IMG/VR virus record: IMGVR_UViG_3300031587_000158
Length of the DNA: 64,000 nt
Direction: 5' to 3' (one strand)
DNA from: an uncultured virus (IMG/VR IMGVR_UViG_3300031587_000158)
Lineage: Duplodnaviria; Heunggongvirae; Uroviricota; Caudoviricetes
Under the pieces are notes generated by a model, which was given only the letters and a program-made list of their open reading frames with translations, was not told the origin of the DNA and did no database searches. The position numbers and the translations under genes are program-made. The first letter of the stretch is position 1, and each line of letters begins with the position of its first letter. Of the stretch, positions 1 through 10,025 are shown piece after piece.

Positions 1-1
1 G

Positions 2-469
2 AGGAAAAAAATAAAAGACTTCTATATTGGTATTCGACATGCAGGTAATGATGATGATGCTCCAGTCCCGATAACAGTTCGTCAGCTTGAATCGGTGGTT
101 CGATTAGCAGAGGCTAAAGCACGGGTTCGGTTAAGTGATGTGATAACCGCTGATGATGTAGATAGGGTGATCAAGTTATATACCTACTGCTTGAAGCAAG
201 TGTTCGTTGATCCTGAGTCAGGTCGGTTAGATGTAGATTGGGTTAATGCAGGCATCTCAAAGACTCGAAGGGATCGTGCAAGGAGTATAAGGGAGATAAT
301 AAAGGATCTGGAGCGTGAATACGGCGAGGAGGTGCCCCTTATTGAAGTGCTTGATCAAGCGGAGCAGGATGGAATGGAAAGAGAGAAGGCAGAAGAGATA
401 ATAGAAGTGATGAAACGTGATGGAATACTATACTCGCCTGTAGGTGGCGTGATTAAGTTTGTTAAGTAA
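2..469 (+). CDS. mcm: MCM replicative helicase, C-terminal part (5' truncated by window)
   Basis: Frame is open from nt 2: PVPITVRQLESVVRLAEAKARVRL (MCM sensor-2 region), followed by a C-terminal winged helix. Confidence 0.93.
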   Translation, partial: RKKIKDFYIGIRHAGNDDDAPVPITVRQLESVVRLAEAKARVRLSDVITADDVDRVIKLYTYCLKQVFVDPESGRLDVDWVNAGISKTRRDRARSIREIIKDLEREYGEEVPLIEVLDQAEQDGMEREKAEEIIEVMKRDGILYSPVGGVIKFVK

Positions 470-498
470 TTGGGAGGAGAGAAGCATAAAAGGGAAAT

Positions 499-636
499 AT
501 GAGCGATAACGATAAACCACCGGCTTATAAAGTGGCAGAACTGAAGAAGAAGTTAGGTGTGGAGATAAAACCAGGTCGGTACAAGATAGCTGATCTGATA
601 AATATGGTGATTCCAGACAAGAGGATAGGAAAGTGA
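499..636 (+). CDS. Small hypothetical protein (45 aa)
   Basis: Manual translation MSDNDKPPAYKVAELKKKLG...; co-oriented and tightly packed behind mcm. Confidence 0.5.
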   Translation: MSDNDKPPAYKVAELKKKLGVEIKPGRYKIADLINMVIPDKRIGK

Positions 637-643
637 GTAAAGG

Positions 644-781
644 ATGACGATTTGTATAGAAACGTGGAATGGTCAGATATATCGGGGAGTAGTTGATAAA
701 GGGAATTTCTACTGTAAAGAAGGTCTGAAAGAGGATATATGCGTGCATAAAAGCAATGTCAGAAGAGTATGGGAAGAATGA
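644..781 (+). CDS. Small hypothetical protein (45 aa)
   Basis: Manual translation MTICIETWNGQIYRGVV...; fits the gene packing. Confidence 0.45.
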   Translation: MTICIETWNGQIYRGVVDKGNFYCKEGLKEDICVHKSNVRRVWEE

Positions 782-940
782 GCGAAAAAGTTATTTTGTC
801 CAAAACATAAATATTACTGTCTCGGTAGAAAGGGAAGGGAAAAGAGCCTAAGTTGGACATCGGGCTAAGTGGCTCAAGAATAGTGGCTGATGACGCTATT
901 CGAAGAACAAACTTCCCCTATCAACGAGACATGATGAAAA

Positions 941-1264
941 ATGGCACAAGATATAGTAGATAAGGCGTTTAAAAAGACAGGGAAAAGAGTATATGAGTGG
1001 GAGGATATAACTTCCAGTCTTGTTAGGAGCTTGTTTAAAAAATATACTCCGGGAATAACAGTAGAGGATATTGAATTTAACGATGAAGAGCACGAGATTT
1101 ATGTGACGATAGAAACATATGATATGAGAGGAATAATAGACAAAGAGCAAAGAATCTCTCTTGAGAAAGGTTATAATAAGATTGTCAAAGTATTAAATGC
1201 AGCGGGGTGGGACTATCTTTTTTCAGACATCAAGAGAATAAAGATCATGTTTAAGCGTATATAA
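941..1264 (+). CDS. Hypothetical protein with shared N-terminal tag (MAQDIVDKAFKK)
   Basis: 107-aa ORF; the leader matches the repeated motif. Confidence 0.8.
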   Translation: MAQDIVDKAFKKTGKRVYEWEDITSSLVRSLFKKYTPGITVEDIEFNDEEHEIYVTIETYDMRGIIDKEQRISLEKGYNKIVKVLNAAGWDYLFSDIKRIKIMFKRI

Positions 1265-1278
1265 TTGGGGGTATAAAG

Positions 1279-1560
1279 ATGGCTGAGGAGATAGTTGAAG
1301 AGGCACTTAGAAAGAAAGAGGAGGAAGACAGAGAAGAGTTTTGGCTCAAACATCTTATCCTGGAAATTGAGAGTGCAATAAAAGATGAAGGATCTGCGGT
1401 GTGGATGTATGATAAGATCCGAACGGATATTGCTGCTATGTATCCTCCGGGTACATTGGAGTATGATACATTAAAGGAGATAGCTGGAGACGAGTTGAGG
1501 CATAGTCAGTCGTTACAGGAAATACGTGCATCGCTCAAAAAGCGACTTGCTGGTTTATAG
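1279..1560 (+). CDS. Ferritin/rubrerythrin-like helical protein with shared N-terminal tag
   Basis: AIKDE..A...Y and EIAGDELRH resemble half of a ferritin-like diiron bundle; leader MAEEIVEEALRKK. Confidence 0.7.
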   Translation: MAEEIVEEALRKKEEEDREEFWLKHLILEIESAIKDEGSAVWMYDKIRTDIAAMYPPGTLEYDTLKEIAGDELRHSQSLQEIRASLKKRLAGL

Positions 1561-1581
1561 AGAAGAGTAGAATTACTCGTA

Positions 1582-3777
1582 GTGTATAAAATGGACGAGC
1601 GAAAAATTCTGAGGTTTAAGGAGACACAGGGATTTAGTAAGTGGAAAAAATTCTTTCCGCCTGAAGCTGTGTCACATCCTGCGAAGATGAATTTGCATCT
1701 GTTGAATTATTTGATACAGCGTTATACTAATGAGGGTGATACCCTGCTTGATCCGATGAGTGGAACTGGGTCCACGGGTATAATAGCGGGATTAAATGGC
1801 AGGAATGTGATTTGTATAGATTTGGAGAAGAAATTTCATGAGATGCAAGTAGGTGTGGATTGCGATGGGTACACCTGTCATGTATTGGGCTGCTATGAGA
1901 GGCGGGAGTTAGAATTAACGATTAAGCAATTAGAGGAGGAATTATCGGGAATTGATAAAGAAGAGGTATGGGCTAAGTGTGTATGGCTAATAGATGATAC
2001 AGGGCATAGATACATTGATACAAACAATACTGATCCTGAGATTTTAAGATTATATGATAAGTTTATCGAGTTGTACTATGCAAAAGGGAAATATGAGAAA
2101 TTACCACTAAAACCACATCACTATACAGGGTGTGAAGAATTGTATAAAGCCAATCCTGAGGGCTTTATTCAAAGAGGGAAAAGTATCTTCTTACAGGGTG
2201 ATGCGCGTAAGCTGAGTGATTTACTGAGAGAACATAAGGATGAGATTTCAGCCTGTTTATTCTCGCCACCTTGGGGTAAGAAAGAGAGCTGGCAGAGATA
2301 TGATGGTGAAAAGGGGTTCCATAGTTATGATGAGAATGAGCCTAAAAATAGGTGTAAAAGAGATTACATTGAAATAGAGCACCCTGATAACATAGGCAAC
2401 CTACCGTTGGGTGATGTGGATACAATTATTACCAGTCCGCCATTTAAAACTGCGAATGAAGGTGGGGGATTAAATAAGAGTCCACCTGATACTTTTAGGG
2501 GTGTTCTAAAAGAGCATTCACTTAAACTGTCTGATGATCCAAATAATATCGACAATATGCCTTATGGTAAAGTTACGGCTATTATTACAAGCCCCCCCTA
2601 TTCAGAGGGAATAGGGCATTCACAAGGAAAACGAGCGGGGCATGATATGGTCGGTAAGGAGAGTTTTGTAGGTTTTTATGGTGACGGAAACAAGGAGAAC
2701 ATAGGTAATCTACCGCATGGCGATGTAGATTCTATTATTACAAGCCCACCTTATAGTGAATGTGAACATGACTACAAACATGGGTTTAAAGTTTTAGGTG
2801 ACAACTTTAGAGGCAGAAAGGCTTGGGAAGATAAGAGGGATATACCCCTTCAAGAAAGCAACATAGCGAAACTGAAGCATGGCGATATTGATTCCATTAT
2901 CACTTCACCACCATATGCAGGAAGTACGGCATTCCAGGATATCAGTTTTATGAAAAAGATTACTGATGATCAGAGCCTAAAAATTAGGAGAGGGGAAGTA
3001 AAGGGGCACTATCGCTCACCCGAAGCGGAATTGCAAGCCCTCGAGCGAATGGAAAAGGGTAAAATAGAGCATGAAGAGAATATAGGTAGTCTTCCATTCA
3101 GCTCTCCCGATGCGATAATCACTTCTCCACCGTACTCAGAAGGAACGGGTCATGGTAGAGGAAAGGATGAAAGTTTGCAGACTGAAAAGAAGCTTTATCT
3201 TCATGGTGCCGGTTCATATTCAAAAACTGATGATACTGACAATATTGGTGAAATAAAAGAACATGGTGATATAGATGCAGTATTGACATCGCCACCATAT
3301 GCAGAGAGTGTAAATGCTCCTAATGATCCGCATAAACGCGCCGAGCGAATGCTGAGAGCTGGTTTAGATCCTAAGACCATTGTAGGTGGTCAAGCACGGT
3401 GCGGCGAAATAGATTGGACATATTCAGATAGTACTCAAAACATTGGCAACCTCAAACATGACGAAAGTGATACAAGGGATAAATCAGAGACGTACTTGGA
3501 GGCAATGAGAAAAGTTTACGCTGAGTGCCACTCGGTGCTAAAACCACATGGTTTGATGATACTAGTTGTGAAGAATTTTATAAGAGAGAAGCGAGTCGTA
3601 CCATTAACTGAGCATACCATTAAATTGTGTGAAAGTGTAGGCTTTAAGCTCAAAGAACGGTCAGTATTCAAATTACCGCAACAATCCTTCTGGCGCATCA
3701 TTTATTCAAAAAAATACCCAGAAGTTGATGTTTCGGATTTGCAGTTTGAGCATATTTTAGTTTTTGAGAAGGGGTAA
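1582..3777 (+). CDS. DNA amino-methyltransferase (N4C/N6A type) with seven tandem SPPY-type repeats
   Basis: HPAKM, SAM-binding LLDPMSGTGSTG, GDAR, seven copies of (F/T)SPP(W/F/Y), and C-terminal YAECHSVLKPHG...EHILVF. Confidence 0.9.
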   Translation: MYKMDERKILRFKETQGFSKWKKFFPPEAVSHPAKMNLHLLNYLIQRYTNEGDTLLDPMSGTGSTGIIAGLNGRNVICIDLEKKFHEMQVGVDCDGYTCHVLGCYERRELELTIKQLEEELSGIDKEEVWAKCVWLIDDTGHRYIDTNNTDPEILRLYDKFIELYYAKGKYEKLPLKPHHYTGCEELYKANPEGFIQRGKSIFLQGDARKLSDLLREHKDEISACLFSPPWGKKESWQRYDGEKGFHSYDENEPKNRCKRDYIEIEHPDNIGNLPLGDVDTIITSPPFKTANEGGGLNKSPPDTFRGVLKEHSLKLSDDPNNIDNMPYGKVTAIITSPPYSEGIGHSQGKRAGHDMVGKESFVGFYGDGNKENIGNLPHGDVDSIITSPPYSECEHDYKHGFKVLGDNFRGRKAWEDKRDIPLQESNIAKLKHGDIDSIITSPPYAGSTAFQDISFMKKITDDQSLKIRRGEVKGHYRSPEAELQALERMEKGKIEHEENIGSLPFSSPDAIITSPPYSEGTGHGRGKDESLQTEKKLYLHGAGSYSKTDDTDNIGEIKEHGDIDAVLTSPPYAESVNAPNDPHKRAERMLRAGLDPKTIVGGQARCGEIDWTYSDSTQNIGNLKHDESDTRDKSETYLEAMRKVYAECHSVLKPHGLMILVVKNFIREKRVVPLTEHTIKLCESVGFKLKERSVFKLPQQSFWRIIYSKKYPEVDVSDLQFEHILVFEKG

Positions 3778-3791
3778 AAATTTAAAAAATC

Positions 3792-3810
3792 GAAAAGCTT
3801 TTTAATAGCC
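3792..3810 (+). promoter_or_regulatory. Putative archaeal BRE/TATA promoter
   Basis: GAAAAGCTTTTTAATAG lies in an intergenic gap ahead of a GC-rich hairpin and a new gene run. Confidence 0.5.
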
Positions 3811-3978
3811 ATAGGGTTATTTTTAGGTGTACCCTATGAGGAGGCTTAACCCCCCTTCCTTCTAGGGTGGAGTTGTCGCTTATAATGTCGGTAATTTGAG
3901 TTTTGAGACGATTATTCTATCATTGTCATTCCTCTTTGTGAGAGGATAATGACGGCAAAAGAGAGGAGGTGATAAAAA

Positions 3979-4257
3979 ATGAGGAAAAAAGTGACAAGAG
4001 AAATTGAAATAAAGGTATGTGATTTTTGTGGTGAGGAAGCCGAGCGTGTAGACACTTGTAGTGTGTGTGGAAGGGAAGGATGTCTGCGAAGACTCCCTGG
4101 TAAGGATAAAAAACTTGAGCATTGGGCTTTCCATGTTGCAAATATATATGACTACGAGCGCGATGTAAGGGGTAGCGGGTATGTATGTACGGAATGTGGA
4201 GGAAGAGTAATGCCAATATCCGAGTTTCTTGGAAAGTTATGTAACATCCCTTTTTAG
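3979..4257 (+). CDS. Zn-finger protein
   Basis: CDFC, CSVC and CTEC motifs; GGAGGTGA RBS. Confidence 0.75.
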   Translation: MRKKVTREIEIKVCDFCGEEAERVDTCSVCGREGCLRRLPGKDKKLEHWAFHVANIYDYERDVRGSGYVCTECGGRVMPISEFLGKLCNIPF

Positions 4258-4321
4258 AGTGATGAGGGAGACGATGAGAACAGATGGTTAAGTTTAAAAA
4301 ATTAGGGGGTGAAAGGAAAAA

Positions 4322-5866
4322 ATGAAAGGAAAGATAAAGGGATTACTACCGGCAATCGTCTTAGTTATTCTTGGAGGGCTAGTTTGGATCAGCAGACCTC
4401 TGTGGCACTGGTTCTTTATGTATGGTTATGTAAATCCAGCAGCGTGGGAATTATTAGTGATAGCGATTATAATTGGGGCGCAATCGTACGTTATTTGGTT
4501 CAGTCACCACAAGTACAGTATATGGGAAATTAAGGCAAAAGAACAAGCTATAGTAGTATTCATTGCGATCTTCTGTCTTTCAGGTATACTCCTAGGTTGT
4601 TTTCAAGTGATGTATCCACAATGCTACTTGAGTCAAAATCTCGAAGTATCAGAGATAGTAGAATTGCCAGACATGGATCCTTCAGCAGTAAGAATTATGC
4701 CGATGGCAGTATCTCAAAGATATGCCGTAGATGCCCTGCAATATCCGAGACATAGACTTGGAACTGGAGATATAGCCTTTGTGAACAAAACGCCTCACTG
4801 GGTTTACGGATTGATTCCGAAAGGTATGGTTAACTTCTTTGTCCTTAAGGACAAGGGAGCAGTGTATGTGGATATGAGTATCGCAGAGAAGAATACGAGG
4901 ATTATAGAACGAGACATGGAAATTGGTGAGGGAATGGGGATAACTGACTGGTACAAGTGGAGACTTTATAAGGAGAAATATTGGGTTAATTACGAAGACC
5001 CATATTTTATTCCCGAAGGGGAAGAACTGTATATTGTAGTTCCAATCAAATCCTACGAATATCACTGGAGATTTCCGACATTCTACACAATTCCGAAATG
5101 GGAGGGAACAGTGTTGATTGATTCAGGGGCTAATATTGAATTTCTAACTCCTGAGCAAGCTTTAGAGCATCCAGTTTTAAAAGACCAGAAACTTTTTCCA
5201 GAAGGACTTAGCAGGTATTACATCAACTCTTTCCGGTATGTTCAGGGGATCAGTAATAGATTATTTTACCACGAAAACCAATTGAAAATAGCTGAAGTAC
5301 TAGAACAAGAGAACATACAACCATTCCTCATAGTTACAAGAGAAGGAATGAAATGGTTCATTGGTTGTGAACCATGGGGCGAAGAGACACATGGGATTTT
5401 CAGAATCTACTTAATAGATGCAAGAGAAGGCAAAATTCAACTATTCGAGCAACCAAAAACAGAAACATTATTAGGACCAGTTTCTGCCTGTGATTATGTA
5501 AGGAAAGCAAATCCAATTATAGATTGGAGCAGAATGATAACAGTCGAACCAATTCCAGTAGTAGCTCAAGGGAAATTATATTGGCAAGTAAAGATTATTC
5601 CAAATGATGCCGCAGGTATTGCCTATACAGCAATGGTTGATTCAAAGACATATGACGCCATTGAATTAAAGAGTGACGAGAGTGTTAGGCAATTTATTGA
5701 AGGAAGGTACACTATAAAACCTGGAATACCGCCAGAAATTGCCAGAAATGTCACAGCTATAGTTATCATTAGAGACGATGGTAGAGAAATTCAAAGAATT
5801 GAAGTATTCCAGAACCAAACCATAGAAGTAGTAATTCCACAAGTAGAACTCAAAACAGAAAAGTGA
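4322..5866 (+). CDS. Membrane-anchored protein of unknown function (514 aa)
   Basis: About three N-terminal hydrophobic helices followed by a large soluble beta-rich region. Confidence 0.75.
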   Translation: MKGKIKGLLPAIVLVILGGLVWISRPLWHWFFMYGYVNPAAWELLVIAIIIGAQSYVIWFSHHKYSIWEIKAKEQAIVVFIAIFCLSGILLGCFQVMYPQCYLSQNLEVSEIVELPDMDPSAVRIMPMAVSQRYAVDALQYPRHRLGTGDIAFVNKTPHWVYGLIPKGMVNFFVLKDKGAVYVDMSIAEKNTRIIERDMEIGEGMGITDWYKWRLYKEKYWVNYEDPYFIPEGEELYIVVPIKSYEYHWRFPTFYTIPKWEGTVLIDSGANIEFLTPEQALEHPVLKDQKLFPEGLSRYYINSFRYVQGISNRLFYHENQLKIAEVLEQENIQPFLIVTREGMKWFIGCEPWGEETHGIFRIYLIDAREGKIQLFEQPKTETLLGPVSACDYVRKANPIIDWSRMITVEPIPVVAQGKLYWQVKIIPNDAAGIAYTAMVDSKTYDAIELKSDESVRQFIEGRYTIKPGIPPEIARNVTAIVIIRDDGREIQRIEVFQNQTIEVVIPQVELKTEK

Positions 5867-5872
5867 TTAGAG

Positions 5873-6265
5873 ATGATAAAGCGACTAAAGGATTATCCAG
5901 TGGGTGAAGAATTTGATGCAGCAGACGAATGTAAGTGCTGTAGTGCCACACTTAAGGTTACAATTAAAGAGATTGATGAAACTGGTGATTTCGGTTATCT
6001 AACGTGGAGTTGTCCTACATGCTCGAGGAGTGGTGATGATATTGTAGGATGGGTTTTTGCAGATGAGCCAATAACGATCCTTGGTAAGCAATTCTATCCT
6101 ATTGTATCAAGAGCCAATGTTGGTCCATGCTTAAATTGCTGGAAACTGGTGATAGGAGTCCCGCTTATACTATTTCCCAACGAAAGTAGTCAGCTTGACT
6201 TCTGCTTCCCCTGTGCAAATGAGCTAGGTATTCTTAAAAGTTTAGTCGTCAAAGATGAGGGGTGA
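5873..6265 (+). CDS. Cys-rich double Zn-ribbon protein
   Basis: CKCC, CPTC, CLNC and CFPC pairs. Confidence 0.65.
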   Translation: MIKRLKDYPVGEEFDAADECKCCSATLKVTIKEIDETGDFGYLTWSCPTCSRSGDDIVGWVFADEPITILGKQFYPIVSRANVGPCLNCWKLVIGVPLILFPNESSQLDFCFPCANELGILKSLVVKDEG

Positions 6266-6269
6266 TAAG

Positions 6270-6854
6270 ATGCAGAAGAAAAAATCTAGGTATTGTTCGG
6301 CGATTGATCTGAATTTTCTGGGGCAAATGCAGACACTTTATAAAAGAATGGGCAAAGAAGATTTCATAGCTATGGTGAAGCGCGGAGTAGAAAAAGGGAG
6401 AAAGGAGATAATCGAGGAAGCTATAAAAAGAGGGCTATTCACGGAAAAAGAGTACAATTCTAAGTTTAAAGACAGGTATGACGATGCTTATGGCTGTGAT
6501 AGTTTCTCTCAGTACATCGGTACGGTATTGCATGTCATGGACACGGGTAAGAAGGATGTTATCTTTGTAACGTTAAATGAGAATATACTCAAAAATCGTG
6601 ATATGCTCAAAAATCGATTTGGGGTAAGAATTTTACGTATGGATGAGTTAGGAGGTCCAAAAAGTATGGAATCCATAATAAAAGAAATAGAAGTGGAGAA
6701 AGAAATAGTGAGGAGAACTTGTATAGGGCTTGTCCATCCTGATCCAAGTAACCAGCAAGAATTTACGAGATGGCTGCAGGATACAGTGATATTTCATTTG
6801 AACAATTTAGAGAAGCAATTGATGCAGGGTAACGAGCCACAAATTTATATTTAG
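6270..6854 (+). CDS. Hypothetical protein
   Basis: Long ORF; ATG follows a GGTGA RBS. Confidence 0.65.
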   Translation: MQKKKSRYCSAIDLNFLGQMQTLYKRMGKEDFIAMVKRGVEKGRKEIIEEAIKRGLFTEKEYNSKFKDRYDDAYGCDSFSQYIGTVLHVMDTGKKDVIFVTLNENILKNRDMLKNRFGVRILRMDELGGPKSMESIIKEIEVEKEIVRRTCIGLVHPDPSNQQEFTRWLQDTVIFHLNNLEKQLMQGNEPQIYI

Positions 6855-6867
6855 AAAGAAATAGGAG

Positions 6868-7299
6868 GTGATGAGTAAAATGGCTGAAGAAAAGGAAGCT
6901 TTAAGTAGAATAGCAGATTCGTTGGAGAAGTTGGTGAAGTTTTATGAGCACCCTGAAGAGCTATTCCAGAGAATGATGCCGGCTATACAAGATGCGGTCA
7001 ATGTCCGAGCACAAGTAGTACAAGTACCAGCATTACCAGAAGGTGCTGAAGAGGTAACAATTCGGCTGAGCAACGAAGAGAAGGAAAAAATAACAGGTAT
7101 GGTGATGACGGAATTCGAGCGACAAGCAGAAGACTTTAAAGTTTTCATTGCTGACGCTTTAAGAGAGATGCCTGAAAAACAATTAAAGCAAATAGGGGAG
7201 CATCTCATGAAGGGTGAGAAGTTTAAATTGAGAAGACGAAAAAGCTGTCTCTATTTGGACTTTGGATATGCGGATGAAGAGTTCTTCGTGAGACTATAG
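6868..7299 (+). CDS. Hypothetical protein
   Basis: 143-aa ORF with GGAGG RBS. Confidence 0.7.
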   Translation: MMSKMAEEKEALSRIADSLEKLVKFYEHPEELFQRMMPAIQDAVNVRAQVVQVPALPEGAEEVTIRLSNEEKEKITGMVMTEFERQAEDFKVFIADALREMPEKQLKQIGEHLMKGEKFKLRRRKSCLYLDFGYADEEFFVRL

Positions 7300-7318
7300 C
7301 AGAAGATAAGAATGATAA

Positions 7319-7789
7319 ATGATAATCCTCACTAAGGAGCAGAGGAGTGCTTTAAAGCAGATATACGGGAGGATAGATGATAGGAGGAGGTATTGTAAAC
7401 GATGTGGTAAATGCTGCAAGGCAGGTATTCAAATGACCTATGTGGAATTTGCTTACCTTGCTGAAGTCCTCGATGGTAGTAAAATTTTTGGAAATGTTGG
7501 TAAATGCCCCTTCTTTAACCTGGATGAATGGGAATGTTCCGTCTATGAACGAAGACCGTGGATTTGCCGAATTTACGGTCTACCCTCAAAACCAGACCGT
7601 ATCTTGGGTATCACCCCTAAATTTGATCTCAGAAGACTGGATACAGGCGAGTGCTGCGCCCTAACCACCAAACATAACGTGAATATCGCAAAGCGAATTG
7701 TAAAACTGAATAAGGAAATTGCACCAATAAAATATAGGAAGGTTGATAAGAGTATAGATTATTGGCTGCTGCTCAGTGAAGACTTATGA
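7319..7789 (+). CDS. YkgJ-family cysteine-cluster (Fe-S/Zn) protein
   Basis: CKRCGKCC...CPF...CSVYERRPWICR pattern. Confidence 0.85.
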   Translation: MIILTKEQRSALKQIYGRIDDRRRYCKRCGKCCKAGIQMTYVEFAYLAEVLDGSKIFGNVGKCPFFNLDEWECSVYERRPWICRIYGLPSKPDRILGITPKFDLRRLDTGECCALTTKHNVNIAKRIVKLNKEIAPIKYRKVDKSIDYWLLLSEDL

Positions 7790-8085
7790 CAAAAGAAATA
7801 TCGTACCACCTAAAGGATAAAGTTGAACTGGATAAGTTCCTTAATCGTTTGCGAGAAAAAGGGTTCCACGTTTTCAAGCAAAATAACACACAGGCATCTC
7901 GCATGATTCCAAATTCAAATAAGCGAATACATGTCATCATCCAGGAAGGAGTTCGAGGGGGCTATGATATGACTGCACATATTGATGCCACCCGACAAGG
8001 GTTCCATAATGTGGTAGAGGATGATAGATTATTGGTGAAGGTTGTAGAGTGTTTGGGGGATATTTTTGGATATAAAAGAGGTTAA
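7786..8085 (+). CDS. Hypothetical protein
   Basis: ATGA overlap with the upstream gene. Confidence 0.65.
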   Translation: MTKEISYHLKDKVELDKFLNRLREKGFHVFKQNNTQASRMIPNSNKRIHVIIQEGVRGGYDMTAHIDATRQGFHNVVEDDRLLVKVVECLGDIFGYKRG

Positions 8086-8089
8086 AAAG

Positions 8090-8446
8090 ATGAGGATATT
8101 GGATTTTACTGAAAAATGGTGTAAACTAAGTGATAACGAGTTCACTACATTTCGTTTCCAACGTATTGATGAGGATTATGAAGTTGGCGAGTTAGTGAAA
8201 GTAGTTTATAAGAATCGCAGTAAGAAAAAGGGCGAGAGAAAAGAGCTTGGTATTGCTGAGATAATTGGTAAAGAGCCGAAGATGATACTGGAAGATGTAT
8301 CGGGGGAGGAAGCCAAAAAGGACGGTTTCCAGAGTATCAGTGATATGGTTATATGGTTTAGGAAAAAATATCGAAGATATGGTGATAGAATTGAGCGAGA
8401 GCCGATGAATAAATTGACTGCGCGATGGGTTGAAAGGTGGATCTAA
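8090..8446 (+). CDS. ASCH/PUA-like domain protein
   Basis: TTFR and EEAKKDGF motifs typical of ASCH domains. Confidence 0.7.
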   Translation: MRILDFTEKWCKLSDNEFTTFRFQRIDEDYEVGELVKVVYKNRSKKKGERKELGIAEIIGKEPKMILEDVSGEEAKKDGFQSISDMVIWFRKKYRRYGDRIEREPMNKLTARWVERWI

Positions 8447-8476
8447 ATTCGTCACTTTCCCTTCTTCGGAAGTGGA

Positions 8477-9019
8477 TTATCCTCCCTCATATAAAATTAA
8501 TTCATCCCATTCACTTTTCAGCAAAAGATATTTTCCTGTCGGAGAGATCTCGACATTTCCAATATCATCGCAGCCGGTCTCGCCAGGTACATCTTTGCTC
8601 CATAGTGGCGTACTACCTCCCCGCCATACCTCAATTGTGCTAAGATCGAGTCGTAGTAGAAGAACGTATGACTGAATTGACCTCGATATACCACTAAAAG
8701 GTCCAAAAGCAGCTCCAAATTGCATTCCTCTGTAATATCTCGTTGATGGCACATAGCCACCTATACCAGGTATATAATTAGATCCACGGTCAGATTGAAA
8801 AATAGTTGTGAGATCCTCAATCGTGTATATCCCAAACCGTACATTTGCATCTTCATCCTCCCATGCGACAACTACCACGTTATTCTTTTCATCAATGAAC
8901 TGTGAGGCCTCACAAGCACCTGCACAAGATTTATCGAGATGTTTGAGCCATTTGAAAGTCCACGATGTGTAATCTCCCTCTACAATTCCAGCCGCTGCTG
9001 CTGCTCCAAACCTACCCAT
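8477..9019 (-). CDS. Putative virion surface protein (partial propeller-like)
   Basis: Beta-rich, contains ISPTGKYLL; N-terminus MGRFGAA resembles that of ORF 10972-11439. Confidence 0.6.
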   Translation of the reverse strand: MGRFGAAAAAGIVEGDYTSWTFKWLKHLDKSCAGACEASQFIDEKNNVVVVAWEDEDANVRFGIYTIEDLTTIFQSDRGSNYIPGIGGYVPSTRYYRGMQFGAAFGPFSGISRSIQSYVLLLRLDLSTIEVWRGGSTPLWSKDVPGETGCDDIGNVEISPTGKYLLLKSEWDELILYEGG

Positions 9020-9057
9020 TTTTAATCCCTCTATCTAATCTTAGAAGTAATAGTATT

Positions 9058-9993
9058 TTATATCAATCCTCCTGTGATTAATTTTGAAGCCACCGAGGTA
9101 TAGGAAACTGCTTTAACTTCATCTTCAGCAAGTGCCCAAATATCACCGCCATAACTTGCACTCTCGGCTATCTTCGCCATATCCGATTTCTGGATCTTCC
9201 AAACTGTTTTTCTAATCCATCCACCAACATAAACGAAATTCTCATCTTCTGCAAGTTTCCAAATTCTTCCGCCATAATCTGCACTCTCAGCTACCTTCGC
9301 CATATCAGATTTCTGGAGCTTAAAAACTTTTTGGGTAGTAGCACCACCGGCATAAACGAAATTGGTATCTTCTGTAAGTGCATAAATAGCCCCGCCGTAA
9401 CCTGCACTCTCAGCTACTTGTGTGAGATCAGATTTTTGTAGTTTCTTTACAGTTTGAGTTGTAGAACCAGCAACATAAACGAAATTCTCATCTTCTGTAA
9501 GTGCATAAATAGTCCCTCCATAATTTGCACTCTCTGCTACTTTCGCCAAGTCAGACTTTTGTAATTTCCATACTTTTTGAGTTGTAAAACCACCAACATA
9601 AACGAAATTCTCATCTTCTGTAAGTGCATAAATAGCTCCACCATAAGCAGCACTCTCTGCTACTTTCGCCATATCAGATTTCTGGATCTTCCAAACTTTA
9701 TTAGTAGTGGCACCACCGGCATAAACGAAATTGGTATCTTCTGTAAGTGCATAAATAATCCCACCGTAATCTGCACTCTCGGCTATCTTCGCCATATCCG
9801 ATTTCTGGATCTTCCAAACTTTTTTGGTAGTATCACCACCGGCATAAACGAAATTGGTATCTTCTGTAAGTGCACTAATTCTTCCCCCATAATCTGCACT
9901 CTCGGCTACTTTCGCCAAATCTGATTTCTGGAGCTTTCGGACTGTTCGGTTAGGAGAAACATTAACTCCACCGACATAAACAAAACCACCCAT
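9058..9993 (-). CDS. Seven-bladed beta-propeller repeat protein (putative adhesin)
   Basis: Seven near-identical 41-aa (123-bp) repeats of YAGG..T.KVWK.QKSD.AK.AESA.YGG.IYALTED.NFV. Confidence 0.85.
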   Translation of the reverse strand: MGGFVYVGGVNVSPNRTVRKLQKSDLAKVAESADYGGRISALTEDTNFVYAGGDTTKKVWKIQKSDMAKIAESADYGGIIYALTEDTNFVYAGGATTNKVWKIQKSDMAKVAESAAYGGAIYALTEDENFVYVGGFTTQKVWKLQKSDLAKVAESANYGGTIYALTEDENFVYVAGSTTQTVKKLQKSDLTQVAESAGYGGAIYALTEDTNFVYAGGATTQKVFKLQKSDMAKVAESADYGGRIWKLAEDENFVYVGGWIRKTVWKIQKSDMAKIAESASYGGDIWALAEDEVKAVSYTSVASKLITGGLI

Positions 9994-10025
9994 GTTTCAC
10001 CTTTTTATTTATAACGTATAATATC

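Noticed and set aside
1850..2180. Intein in the DNA methyltransferase insertion
   Set aside because: No C-terminal HN-C/S/T junction or LAGLIDADG motifs; it looks like a plain helical/Cys-containing insertion.
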